Source of the DNA: a virus
Lineage: Duplodnaviria > Caudoviricetes
IMG/VR virus record: IMGVR_UViG_3300049139_000283
Span: 1-34,439 of that record
Direction: 5' to 3' (one strand)
Length of the DNA: 34,439 nt
Part shown: positions 8,322 to 14,982 of the stretch, in pieces
Layout: every line of letters starts with the position of its first letter
Position numbering within the stretch: the first letter of the stretch is position 1
Notes under the pieces: model-generated
The model's database searches: none
Told to the model about the DNA's origin: nothing
What the model saw: only the letters and a program-made list of their open reading frames with translations
Position numbers and translations under genes: made by a program

Positions 8322-8786
8322 ATGATGCAGCAGACCACCCACACGACGTACCGCTTTGCCCGCCCCGAGGACCGCATGCCCGCCGGCAGGGTCGCCGACA
8401 TCCAGTTCGGCCCCGCAGCCGACGAGGTCACCGTCCTCGTCATGCCCGGCCACGCCACTGCCCGACTGCTGGCAGAGTTCACGACCCAGCAGGAAGCCAA
8501 CTTCGCCACCGGTCAATGGGAGCGCCTCGAGCCCACGCCCGAGAACCTGAACCACCCTCGCCGAGTCCACCACGCGCGCTGGCGCCTCACACCCGCGCAC
8601 GAGATGCCGTCGGCACGAATCCTCATGTCGGTCGAGGAGCGCGGCCATCACGCGTGGCTCGTCCGCGAAGGGGAAGCCACCGCCGCGTTGGAGAGGGATA
8701 TGAACCTCCTCCTGGCCGATCTGCTCCAGTCCGGGGTCTACATCCAGCGCGGGGCCGGTGACGACACCGGCCCCGACGACAGCTGA
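8322..8786 (+). CDS. Hypothetical protein B (internally duplicated domain), paralog of 7859..8311
   Basis: GGGAG RBS; YRFA..MPAGRV..VMPGHA..QWERL..HPRR..WRL..EERGHHAWLVREGEA..SGVYIQR. Confidence 0.8.
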   Translation: MMQQTTHTTYRFARPEDRMPAGRVADIQFGPAADEVTVLVMPGHATARLLAEFTTQQEANFATGQWERLEPTPENLNHPRRVHHARWRLTPAHEMPSARILMSVEERGHHAWLVREGEATAALERDMNLLLADLLQSGVYIQRGAGDDTGPDDS

Positions 8787-8787
8787 C

Positions 8788-10053
8788 CTACCCCACCGAC
8801 CGCAGCGCCGCGCGCGGCGCCGGAACCCCCAGAGCAGCCTCGACGGCGGCAGTGATGTCGCCGTCGAGGCTACGCACCAGATGCCCGTACCGGTCGACGG
8901 TCGTCTGGATGCTCTCGTGCCCCAGCCGGATCTGGATCGCCGGCAGCGGGATGTTGGCCGCGATCAGCCACGACACGTGTGTGTGCCGCAGGTCATGAAT
9001 TCGCGGTCGCTTCGGCAGCCCCTTCTTCACCGCAGCCTCCACGGCGGGCTTCCACTTCCGGTTGTAGAAGTTTGCGTGCCGCCACGGTCCCCCCATCGCC
9101 GCCCGAAAGACGAACGCGTTGGGGCCCTGGCCGGCGGTCAGCCGCCGGGCCACCTCCACCTGAGCCGGAGACAAGGCCACCAGGCGGCGCGCCTTCTTCG
9201 TCTTTGGCGGCCCCAGGTAGAAAGCCTCGGGGGAGCCCTTCTTCGCCTTCTTCCACGCCCGCTGGACGTTCGCGGTGGGCCGCTCCGAGTTCAGGTTCAG
9301 GTCGCGCACCTGGAGGGCGGTGGCCTCGCTCCAGCGCATCCCGGTGCCGACGAGCCAGTCCGCCAGGTCCCGCGCGTCTGGGTCCCTGATTTCCATGGCG
9401 ACGCGCGCGTACTCGTCCCGTTCGAGGAAGGTCATGTCGTCCTCGATGTGGTCGTCCAGGCGCGGCAGGCGGGTCTTCTTGCAGCAGTTCACCGTACGTA
9501 GCTGCGGATGGGCGTCTACGGCGGCCTGGACGATGCAGTACAGCAGGCCGTGCCGGTTCCTGATGCTTTTCGGGTCCGCGGGCCTCCTGAGCCACTTCTT
9601 GCGGTCCTTGGGGTCCTGCTCGCCTTCCTGCTCGATGCGGACCCAGTCGGTGACGTCGTCCTGCGTGAGATTGCAGATCGTCGCGGGCACCTCGATGCCG
9701 TCGGCGCGGGTGTGCTGGATCAGGGCGAAGTGGATCCGAACCTCGCGCATGTAGTCCTCGCGGGTGCGGACATCGATCCCTGTGAGACGGCTCACATAGC
9801 GCTCGGCCCACTTCACGAGTGGCATGTCGCCGGGCTTCTCGTCCGGCTCGACGAAGCCCCGGCCGCGCACCCAGCCGTGCGGCCACTTCCCGCCGTGCGC
9901 CTCGACAAGGGCCTTGAACTGGGCGGCCTGCCCCTGTGCGACCTCGACGTCCGGGCCCCCGAAGTTCTCTGTCTGCCAGCTGCCGTCCTGGCGCCACTTC
10001 ACCTGAAAAGTGACGGAGCCGTCCTTCTTGGGTCTCTCCACGATGCTCGCCAT
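8788..10053 (-). CDS. int: Tyrosine integrase
   Basis: Catalytic set: TGMRWSE (R), PKTKK (K), HDLRH, LGHESIQTTVDRY; N-terminal arm-binding-like MASIVERPKKDGSVTFQVKWR; TATCGT -10 element 6 nt before the ATG suggests a leaderless start. Confidence 0.95.
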   Translation of the reverse strand: MASIVERPKKDGSVTFQVKWRQDGSWQTENFGGPDVEVAQGQAAQFKALVEAHGGKWPHGWVRGRGFVEPDEKPGDMPLVKWAERYVSRLTGIDVRTREDYMREVRIHFALIQHTRADGIEVPATICNLTQDDVTDWVRIEQEGEQDPKDRKKWLRRPADPKSIRNRHGLLYCIVQAAVDAHPQLRTVNCCKKTRLPRLDDHIEDDMTFLERDEYARVAMEIRDPDARDLADWLVGTGMRWSEATALQVRDLNLNSERPTANVQRAWKKAKKGSPEAFYLGPPKTKKARRLVALSPAQVEVARRLTAGQGPNAFVFRAAMGGPWRHANFYNRKWKPAVEAAVKKGLPKRPRIHDLRHTHVSWLIAANIPLPAIQIRLGHESIQTTVDRYGHLVRSLDGDITAAVEAALGVPAPRAALRSVG

Positions 10054-10084
10054 GGGCAGACGATACGACCGGCCCACGGGGGTC

Positions 10085-10103
10085 TTGTTCCCGTGTTGTT
10101 CCC
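10085..10103. repeat. Putative integrase arm-type sites (TTGTTCCC x2)
   Basis: Direct repeats at 10085-10092 and 10096-10103; same motif on the other side of the core at 10289-10304. Confidence 0.6.
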
Positions 10104-10120
10104 AAAATTTGGGCATGACG

Positions 10121-10152
10121 AAGGGCTGACCTGTTTCCACAGGTCAGCCCTT
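10121..10152 (-). terminator. Hairpin terminator downstream of the tRNA-like att core
   Basis: Perfect 14-bp stem AAGGGCTGACCTGT-ttcc-ACAGGTCAGCCCTT. Confidence 0.8.
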
Positions 10153-10161
10153 GATCAATCA

Positions 10162-10184
10162 GGGTGAGTAACGGGACTCGAACC
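10162..10184 (-). mobile_element. attP core, equal to the 3' end (T-arm and acceptor strand) of a tRNA, probably tRNA-His
   Basis: Minus strand GGTTCGAGTCCCGTTACTCACCC: T-loop plus acceptor 3' strand with C discriminator typical of tRNA-His; no 5' half of a tRNA upstream. Confidence 0.8.
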
Positions 10185-10288
10185 AGTTTTTTGACCCACC
10201 TTTGACCTGCGGCGATGCGGAAAATCGGGCTAAAGGGTCCTGTTTCGATGCCAGTGCGAACCACTAAATACCCCTCACGGCGGGGTCG

Positions 10289-10304
10289 TGTTCCCGCGGG
10301 AACA
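10289..10304. repeat. Palindromic pair of arm-type motifs
   Basis: TGTTCCC-gc-GGGAACA, perfect 16-bp palindrome. Confidence 0.6.
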
Positions 10305-10378
10305 GGAGGCGGCGCGATCATGCAGCCTGCTCGGCGGTGAGTAGAAAAGGTCCTATCCGCACTTCCAGGGAACGGCGA

Positions 10379-10403
10379 CGCCCCCGCCGGAAGGGCGGGG
10401 GCG
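10379..10403. terminator. GC-rich hairpin
   Basis: CGCCCCCGCC-ggaag-GGCGGGGGCG. Confidence 0.5.
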
Positions 10404-10502
10404 CACCTGGCCGCTCCCGTGCGCCTGGGGGGCTGGACCGGGAGGGCCACTTGTGGAGTGGGGGGTTCCGTATTGGTACCCCACCACGGCGTGATCACGC
10501 AA

Positions 10503-10520
10503 TGTAGGTTCTGACCTACA
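10503..10520. promoter_or_regulatory. Inverted-repeat operator upstream of the small XRE gene
   Basis: TGTAGGT-tctg-ACCTACA. Confidence 0.55.
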
Positions 10521-10553
10521 GTATTTTCGATCTTGGTCGGTGAGCGTGGTCGG

Positions 10554-10790
10554 GTGCCGCGCTCCACCCCACCGCCCGACGACGTCCTCGCCCGACGGCG
10601 ACAGATCGGCGACCAAATCCGCGCGGCCCGGGTGGAACGCAACCTGACCCAGGAGACCGTGGCGAACCGGATCGGGCTTGATCGGCCGTCGTACAACCGC
10701 ATCGAGCAGGGGCACCAGTCCCCGCTGCTCGACACCCTGATCCTCATCGCCGACGCGATCGACGTCCCCCTCGCCGACCTCGTACGCTGA
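10554..10790 (+). CDS. Small XRE-family HTH regulator
   Basis: IGDQIRAARVERNLTQETVANRIGLDRPSYNRIEQG...IADAIDVPLADLV; start uncertain (10533 or 10554). Confidence 0.9.
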   Translation: MPRSTPPPDDVLARRRQIGDQIRAARVERNLTQETVANRIGLDRPSYNRIEQGHQSPLLDTLILIADAIDVPLADLVR

Positions 10791-10791
10791 G

Positions 10792-10826
10792 CGGCCGGCC
10801 GCGCCCTCCCCCGGCGCGGTCGGCCG
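10792..10826. terminator. Hairpin between convergent genes
   Basis: CGGCCGGCCGCGCC...GGCGCGGTCGGCCG immediately after the XRE stop. Confidence 0.55.
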
Positions 10827-10875
10827 TGGCCCCGACGGCTGCGGACAGGTGCAGCGGCCGGGGCGGTTTGAGGGG

Positions 10876-11232
10876 TTACTCCATGTTCCCGCAGCTCTGG
10901 CAGCAGTAGGCCGTCTCGCCCGTGGGGTTGCCATTGCTGTCCGTTTCAATGATCTTGTACATGGTTCCGCCGCACTTCGAGCACCCCTTGGTCATGATCT
11001 GCTGGCCCATGTGCGCCTCCATCTCGGTGAGGATCTGCCGGTCGCGTTCTTGCTGTACGGCGCGCTCGCCGAGCGCGACGTCGATCAGGGCGAGCGCACG
11101 CTGACGTTGTTCCTCGTGCTGCTCGATGTCCGCAGGCGTGTCGCCAGGCAGCGCGTACCGAGGGCACGTTGGGCAGTGCCAGCGGTCGCCGCGGCCGTGC
11201 TGCATGGCGGTGTTGCAGTGAGGGCATCTCAC
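10876..11232 (-). CDS. Double zinc-ribbon small protein
   Basis: CPHC..CPTC, helical linker, CSKC..CQSC; GTGA overlap with upstream gene. Confidence 0.65.
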   Translation of the reverse strand: MRCPHCNTAMQHGRGDRWHCPTCPRYALPGDTPADIEQHEEQRQRALALIDVALGERAVQQERDRQILTEMEAHMGQQIMTKGCSKCGGTMYKIIETDSNGNPTGETAYCCQSCGNME

Positions 11233-11468
11233 GGGGCGTCCTCCACGCTGCCGCACGAGGAGCAGATCCACACGTCGCGCTGTCGCCACATGGTGCTGGT
11301 GCAGTGGGGGCACCCTGTGGTCTGGATGCCGTGGGTGCCCATGGGGGGCGGGTCGGGCGTTGTGGCGGCGTAGTGGGCGAGCCGGGCGCGGATCCGGTCG
11401 TCGTCGGCCGCTGCCATACGCAGCAGGCGGGCGGCCCGTGATCGGGCCTCGTCGGCGAATTCGGTCAC
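11229..11468 (-). CDS. Zinc-ribbon small protein
   Basis: GCPHCTSTMWRQRDVWICSSCG. Confidence 0.7.
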   Translation of the reverse strand: MTEFADEARSRAARLLRMAAADDDRIRARLAHYAATTPDPPPMGTHGIQTTGCPHCTSTMWRQRDVWICSSCGSVEDAP

Positions 11469-11533
11469 GCGGGCGAGGGTACGCGCCGGGGGTTCGCTCG
11501 TCGCGCGTGCTGCTGGCGTTCACCCACATGGGC

Positions 11534-11710
11534 TTATCTTGGCTCTGACAGGCGGCGGGCCCGTGTGTTCTGAAGCCACGCCATGTCGGCGACGACGTCG
11601 TGCGTCTGGACCTTGCAGCGGGCGCAGGTGTAGAGGCACGTAGGCGCGTTGACGAGCGTGAGACGCTCCGTAGCGCCGCATCCCGCGCACTGGGGCTTCT
11701 GGCCCGTCAT
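11534..11710 (-). CDS. Zinc-ribbon small protein
   Basis: MTGQKPQCAGCG...YTCARC; ATGA overlap and GGAGG RBS. Confidence 0.6.
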   Translation of the reverse strand: MTGQKPQCAGCGATERLTLVNAPTCLYTCARCKVQTHDVVADMAWLQNTRARRLSEPR

Positions 11711-12174
11711 GGCCGCCTCCGCTCGTACGCGCGGCGCAGGTGGTCGCGCAGGACGCCCGGGTCCGTCAACACGCCGTCGCCGGTGGGCGGGTGCAGCCAC
11801 GTCCGGCCGCGGCGGGTGACGCCGGGCGCGGGGCAGAGGAGCGCGCCGCCGCGTCCCGCGCACACCGTGCCGCGCAGGTCCTCCCACTCCTCGGCGGTGC
11901 CGGCCGGTACGAGGAACTCGATGGCCTGGCGGGGCTGGCAGTACAGGACGGGCCCGAGCGCCACGGGCGAGTTGACGACCTCGTCCAGGGCCCGCATGCC
12001 GATGGTGTCGATGGCGCGCAGGACGTCGAACCGGACACCGAGGGGGACCTCCGCGAGGCCGTGGGCGTCGGCCCAGGCGGTCAGGATGATTGACGGCGGG
12101 TCCATGACGGACGCGAGCCACATCGCGCCGGGGGCGGGGCTCGGCGGCGCCGCGGGCAGGGTCACGCGGCTCAC
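11707..12174 (-). CDS. Prim-Pol (bifunctional primase/polymerase N-terminal)-like protein, apparently truncated or degenerate
   Basis: PLGVRFDVL...GPVL...FLVPAGT...GALLCPAPG...WLHPP...LTDPGVL pattern; no helicase domain. Confidence 0.65.
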   Translation of the reverse strand: MSRVTLPAAPPSPAPGAMWLASVMDPPSIILTAWADAHGLAEVPLGVRFDVLRAIDTIGMRALDEVVNSPVALGPVLYCQPRQAIEFLVPAGTAEEWEDLRGTVCAGRGGALLCPAPGVTRRGRTWLHPPTGDGVLTDPGVLRDHLRRAYERRRP

Positions 12175-12380
12175 CGCTCGCCCTCCGGCGCCGTGGGCGT
12201 CAGCACCTGGTACAGCGCGTCGTCGCCGTGGTCCTCAGCGCAGGCCCGGTGGGCGAACAGGTGCTGTGCGCCCGCGCCCTCGGCGGTGACGCGGACGCAC
12301 ACGTCCGCGCCGGGCTTCGGGCAGTACACGCAGGACCGCGTCAGCCGTCCCGCAGCCTCACGGATTCTCGTGACATCCAT
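12171..12380 (-). CDS. Small CxxC...HxxC zinc-finger protein, probably leaderless
   Basis: SCVYCPKPGADVCVR...FAHRACA; TAGCTT -10 element 6 nt before the ATG and no RBS. Confidence 0.7.
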   Translation of the reverse strand: MDVTRIREAAGRLTRSCVYCPKPGADVCVRVTAEGAGAQHLFAHRACAEDHGDDALYQVLTPTAPEGER

Positions 12381-12386
12381 ACGGTG

Positions 12387-12472
12387 AAGCTATGACTGCA
12401 CACAGCACGGCAACAGCTACGGAACGTGGCTGTTGCCGTGGAGGACTCACCGTAAGGGCTACGGAACATGGC
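12387..12472 (-). promoter_or_regulatory. Promoter region with a 15-bp direct repeat and overlapping inverted repeat
   Basis: GCTACGGAAC(G/A)TGGC at 12416-12430 and 12458-12472; CACGGCAACAGC/GCTGTTGCCGTG inverted repeat 12406-12440; -10 at 12387-12392. Confidence 0.7.
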
Positions 12473-12474
12473 CC

Positions 12475-13722
12475 CTACGCGATGCCGAAGAACCCCGCCA
12501 ACTCCCGCTGCCGCCGCGTGAGTCGGCGCCGCCCCGACACCCCCAGCGCCTCCTGGAACACCGAGGCCGCCATCTGTTGGTGCCGCAGCCACTCCGGCGC
12601 CTCCTCGTGCAGACGCTCCAGCACCGCCGAGGCCTCCGCTCCCTGACGCAACAGCACGTGCGCCTGCGCCACGTCCAGGCGGTGCCTGTGCCACGTGTTC
12701 GACGTCGCCGACGTCCCAGCAGGGATCCGCTCCGACAGTCGCAGCACGCGGGCTGGGTTCTTGGCCACCACCTGGTTCTCCACCGCCTGAAACGCCACCG
12801 TCGACCAGTCGAACTTCCCCCAGCCGTACACATGCGCCGCCGTAGCGCTCCCCAGCGCCGCCGCCGACGTCCGCGCGAGCCGCAGCATCTCCCGAGCCTC
12901 CGCAGGCCGGTTGTTACGCGCGGCGGCCGACGACGCCCGCACCAGCAGGCGCCCCCACACCCCCAGCTCGGCGCGAGACGCTCGCGAGATCCGCGGCTCG
13001 ATGTCGTCGGCCGTCGCCATCGCCAGCTGCTCCGTCTCGTCCAGCCGACCCTGACGCACCAGGGTCCAGCCCTGGAGGTAGACCGCAGAGGCTGCGGCCG
13101 TACGGTCCGCTGCTGCGGCAGCGTCCAGCACGGCGTCGCGGAGGGCGATGTGCGCGAGATCGTACGCGCGGACCTGGGTCAGGTACCGGCCTGCCATCTG
13201 GAGCACGTCGGAGCGCAGCCGGAGGGCCTCGGTGTGCTGGGGGCCGTTGTCGTAGTGGTCGACGGCGCGGCGGGCCGAGCGTACGAGGGCGGGCAGGAAC
13301 TCGCCCAACTTCCCGTAGTCGTCACCGTAGTAGGCGCCCGCGAGCGCGCTCGCGGTGCGTCGCAGGTTGGTGAGGTCGGGCTCGGCGTCGACGGTGTCGG
13401 TGACGATCAGCCGCCCGGTGGCGGTCATGGGCGGGGAGATGGCCTGCCGCAGCGCCATCAAGTCCAGCTTGTCATCGTCGCTGCGGGTCGTGGAGTGCGG
13501 CCCGACGGGCTCGAAGAGCTGCGAGGTGCGGACCTTCAGGGCCTGCGCCAGGGCATGGTACGTCTCGACCCGGGCGGACCCGCCCTGTTCAACCTTCTTC
13601 ACCACGCCCAGGCTCAACCCCGCCCGCTCGGCAAGACCTTCCTGCGTCAGGCCCCGGCTCAATCGGATGTCGCGAAGGCGGTCGCCCGGAAGGGACGGTG
13701 CGCTGTCGGTGCGTTCGGGCAT
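12475..13722 (-). CDS. XRE-HTH regulator with a long alpha-helical TPR-like C-terminal domain
   Basis: GDRLRDIRLSRGLTQEGLAERAGLSLGVVKKVEQG HTH followed by about 300 aa of Ala-rich helical repeats; GGAG RBS before ATG 13722; TAGCGT -10 upstream. Confidence 0.85.
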   Translation of the reverse strand: MPERTDSAPSLPGDRLRDIRLSRGLTQEGLAERAGLSLGVVKKVEQGGSARVETYHALAQALKVRTSQLFEPVGPHSTTRSDDDKLDLMALRQAISPPMTATGRLIVTDTVDAEPDLTNLRRTASALAGAYYGDDYGKLGEFLPALVRSARRAVDHYDNGPQHTEALRLRSDVLQMAGRYLTQVRAYDLAHIALRDAVLDAAAAADRTAAASAVYLQGWTLVRQGRLDETEQLAMATADDIEPRISRASRAELGVWGRLLVRASSAAARNNRPAEAREMLRLARTSAAALGSATAAHVYGWGKFDWSTVAFQAVENQVVAKNPARVLRLSERIPAGTSATSNTWHRHRLDVAQAHVLLRQGAEASAVLERLHEEAPEWLRHQQMAASVFQEALGVSGRRRLTRRQRELAGFFGIA

Positions 13723-13794
13723 ACTGAGCTCCGTTCGTTCTGACCTCGACACTCAGAACGCTACTCCCCGCCGGTGGCGGGGGAATGACGAAAG

Positions 13795-13828
13795 CGCCCC
13801 CTCCCGACCCGTAGGTCGAGAGGGGGCG
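13795..13828 (-). terminator. Terminator, copy 1 of a repeated family
   Basis: CGCCCCCTCCCG-acccgtaggt-CGAGAGGGGGCG; followed by CTTTCGTCAT on the minus strand. Confidence 0.7.
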
Positions 13829-13866
13829 TTCTCGTTCCTGTTGCGCTCGGGGGCGTTGCGCGCTAG

Positions 13867-13895
13867 TTTCTGTAGGGACAGTGTCCCTACAGAAA
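13867..13895. promoter_or_regulatory. Perfect 14-bp-arm inverted repeat, putative RHH operator
   Basis: TTTCTGTAGGGACA-g-TGTCCCTACAGAAA directly upstream of the RBS. Confidence 0.75.
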
Positions 13896-13906
13896 TGAGG
13901 AACACC

Positions 13907-14356
13907 ATGGGCAGGCCCAAGGGTGACGGCGAGACCCCCAAGCGCAACGTCCGCGTCCCGGACCCGCTTTGGTCGGACGCCAAAGCCAAGGCAAAGAGCG
14001 AACACACCACCATCACCAACGTCGTCGTGGCCGCCCTCCGCTCCTACGCGTATCCGCCGCGCGAGCGCCGCCTACCCCCGCTCCCCGACGACGTGACCAA
14101 ACTGGCCCGCGAGGCCGCCATGGACCACCCCGGCGGCCCGGCCTTCCCCCGGAAGAGCGTGCCCCTCGGCACGAACATCGACGTGGCACGCCGCCGGGTA
14201 CTGCTCGACTCCAGCGAGGTATCCGCCGCGCTCCGAGCCCTGGCCGCCACCTACAAGGCCCCGCTTCACCGCATCGTCGCCGACGACCTAGAGCGGATGG
14301 CCGACGAGATCGACATGGGAGCGATCACCGCCCTCGACGACCTGCGAGGGCCGTAA
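13907..14356 (+). CDS. Ribbon-helix-helix (Arc/CopG-like) protein with unknown C-terminal domain
   Basis: MGRPKGDGETPKRNVRVPDPLWSDAKAKAKSEHTTITNVVVAALRSY; GAGG RBS. Confidence 0.75.
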   Translation: MGRPKGDGETPKRNVRVPDPLWSDAKAKAKSEHTTITNVVVAALRSYAYPPRERRLPPLPDDVTKLAREAAMDHPGGPAFPRKSVPLGTNIDVARRRVLLDSSEVSAALRALAATYKAPLHRIVADDLERMADEIDMGAITALDDLRGP

Positions 14357-14378
14357 CCGGCCGCCGTACACGCGAAAT

Positions 14379-14408
14379 CGCCCCCTCTCGCTCGAAGGCG
14401 AGAGGGGG
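14379..14408. terminator. Terminator, copy 2 of the repeated family
   Basis: CGCCCCCTCTCG-ctcgaagg-CGAGAGGGGG. Confidence 0.7.
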
Positions 14409-14421
14409 GTACCCCGGAGGC

Positions 14422-14451
14422 TTGCCAACATCGCAGCACGTGCTGCATAGT
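14422..14451 (+). promoter_or_regulatory. Housekeeping-type promoter with a palindromic operator in the spacer
   Basis: -35 TTGCCA, 18 nt, -10 CATAGT; GCAGCACGTGCTGC palindrome 14433-14446. Confidence 0.6.
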
Positions 14452-14501
14452 TGTCCTCCGAGGGCAACGACGCTGAATGCCCCATAACCCGGGAGGACGC
14501 C

Positions 14502-14756
14502 GTGGGCTACACCGCCGAAATCGCCATCAGCTCCAAGGTCACCCTCGGCGACAAGTGCGCCGTCACCGTCGTCAACGACGACGACATCCGCCAGGGCATG
14601 GAAGCCACCGAAACCGCCCTCCTTGTCGACGGCGACCACACGCGCCAGCAGGTCATCGACGCCGCCGAAGACCTCCTCGTCGCAAACGGCTGGAAGGTCA
14701 CCGGCGATTGGGAGGACGGCGACAACTCCTACTACGCCCCTGTTGAACCCGCCTGA
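14502..14756 (+). CDS. Small acidic hypothetical protein
   Basis: GGAGG RBS then GTG; MGYTAEIAISS...GWKVTGDWEDGDNSYYAPVEPA. Confidence 0.75.
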   Translation: MGYTAEIAISSKVTLGDKCAVTVVNDDDIRQGMEATETALLVDGDHTRQQVIDAAEDLLVANGWKVTGDWEDGDNSYYAPVEPA

Positions 14757-14758
14757 CC

Positions 14759-14977
14759 ATGGCAGACGAACTCTGGACCATCGAGCAGGTCGCCGACTTC
14801 CTGAAGGTCAAGCCGAGCAGTGCCCGCGGCGCGCTTTCGCGCATGGGGGTGCGCGCCTTCAGCTTCCGCTCACACCCAAGCAGTAACCGCGCGCAGGCGC
14901 TGTACGACGTCGAACAGGTGAAGTCGGCGTACGCCGCACGCCCGGGCCGAGGCACCCGCACTGATCTCCGACCATGA
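14759..14977 (+). CDS. Small HTH DNA-binding protein (AlpA/Xis-like)
   Basis: LWTIEQVADFLKVKPSSARGALSRMGV...YDVEQVK...RPGRGTRTDL. Confidence 0.75.
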   Translation: MADELWTIEQVADFLKVKPSSARGALSRMGVRAFSFRSHPSSNRAQALYDVEQVKSAYAARPGRGTRTDLRP

Positions 14978-14982
14978 CGGAA

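Noticed and set aside
8788-10140. Integrase start at 10140 as given in the ORF track
   Set aside because: That extension runs through the terminator and arm sites; ATG 10053 has a -10 element at leaderless spacing and gives a typical integrase N-terminus
10162-10184. Complete tRNA gene
   Set aside because: Only the T-loop and acceptor 3' strand are present; the upstream sequence cannot form D or anticodon arms, so this is an att core
11465-11527. 20-aa ORF (MGERQQHARRANPRRVPSPA) bridging two zinc-ribbon genes
   Set aside because: Coupling by GTGA overlap is suggestive, but it is too short and lacks an RBS, so it cannot be supported
12171-12646. Arbitrium-type secreted propeptide next to the HTH-TPR gene
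   Set aside because: Neither the 69-aa downstream ORF nor the antisense 84-aa ORF has a signal-peptide hydrophobic core, so a true aimP equivalent is not supported
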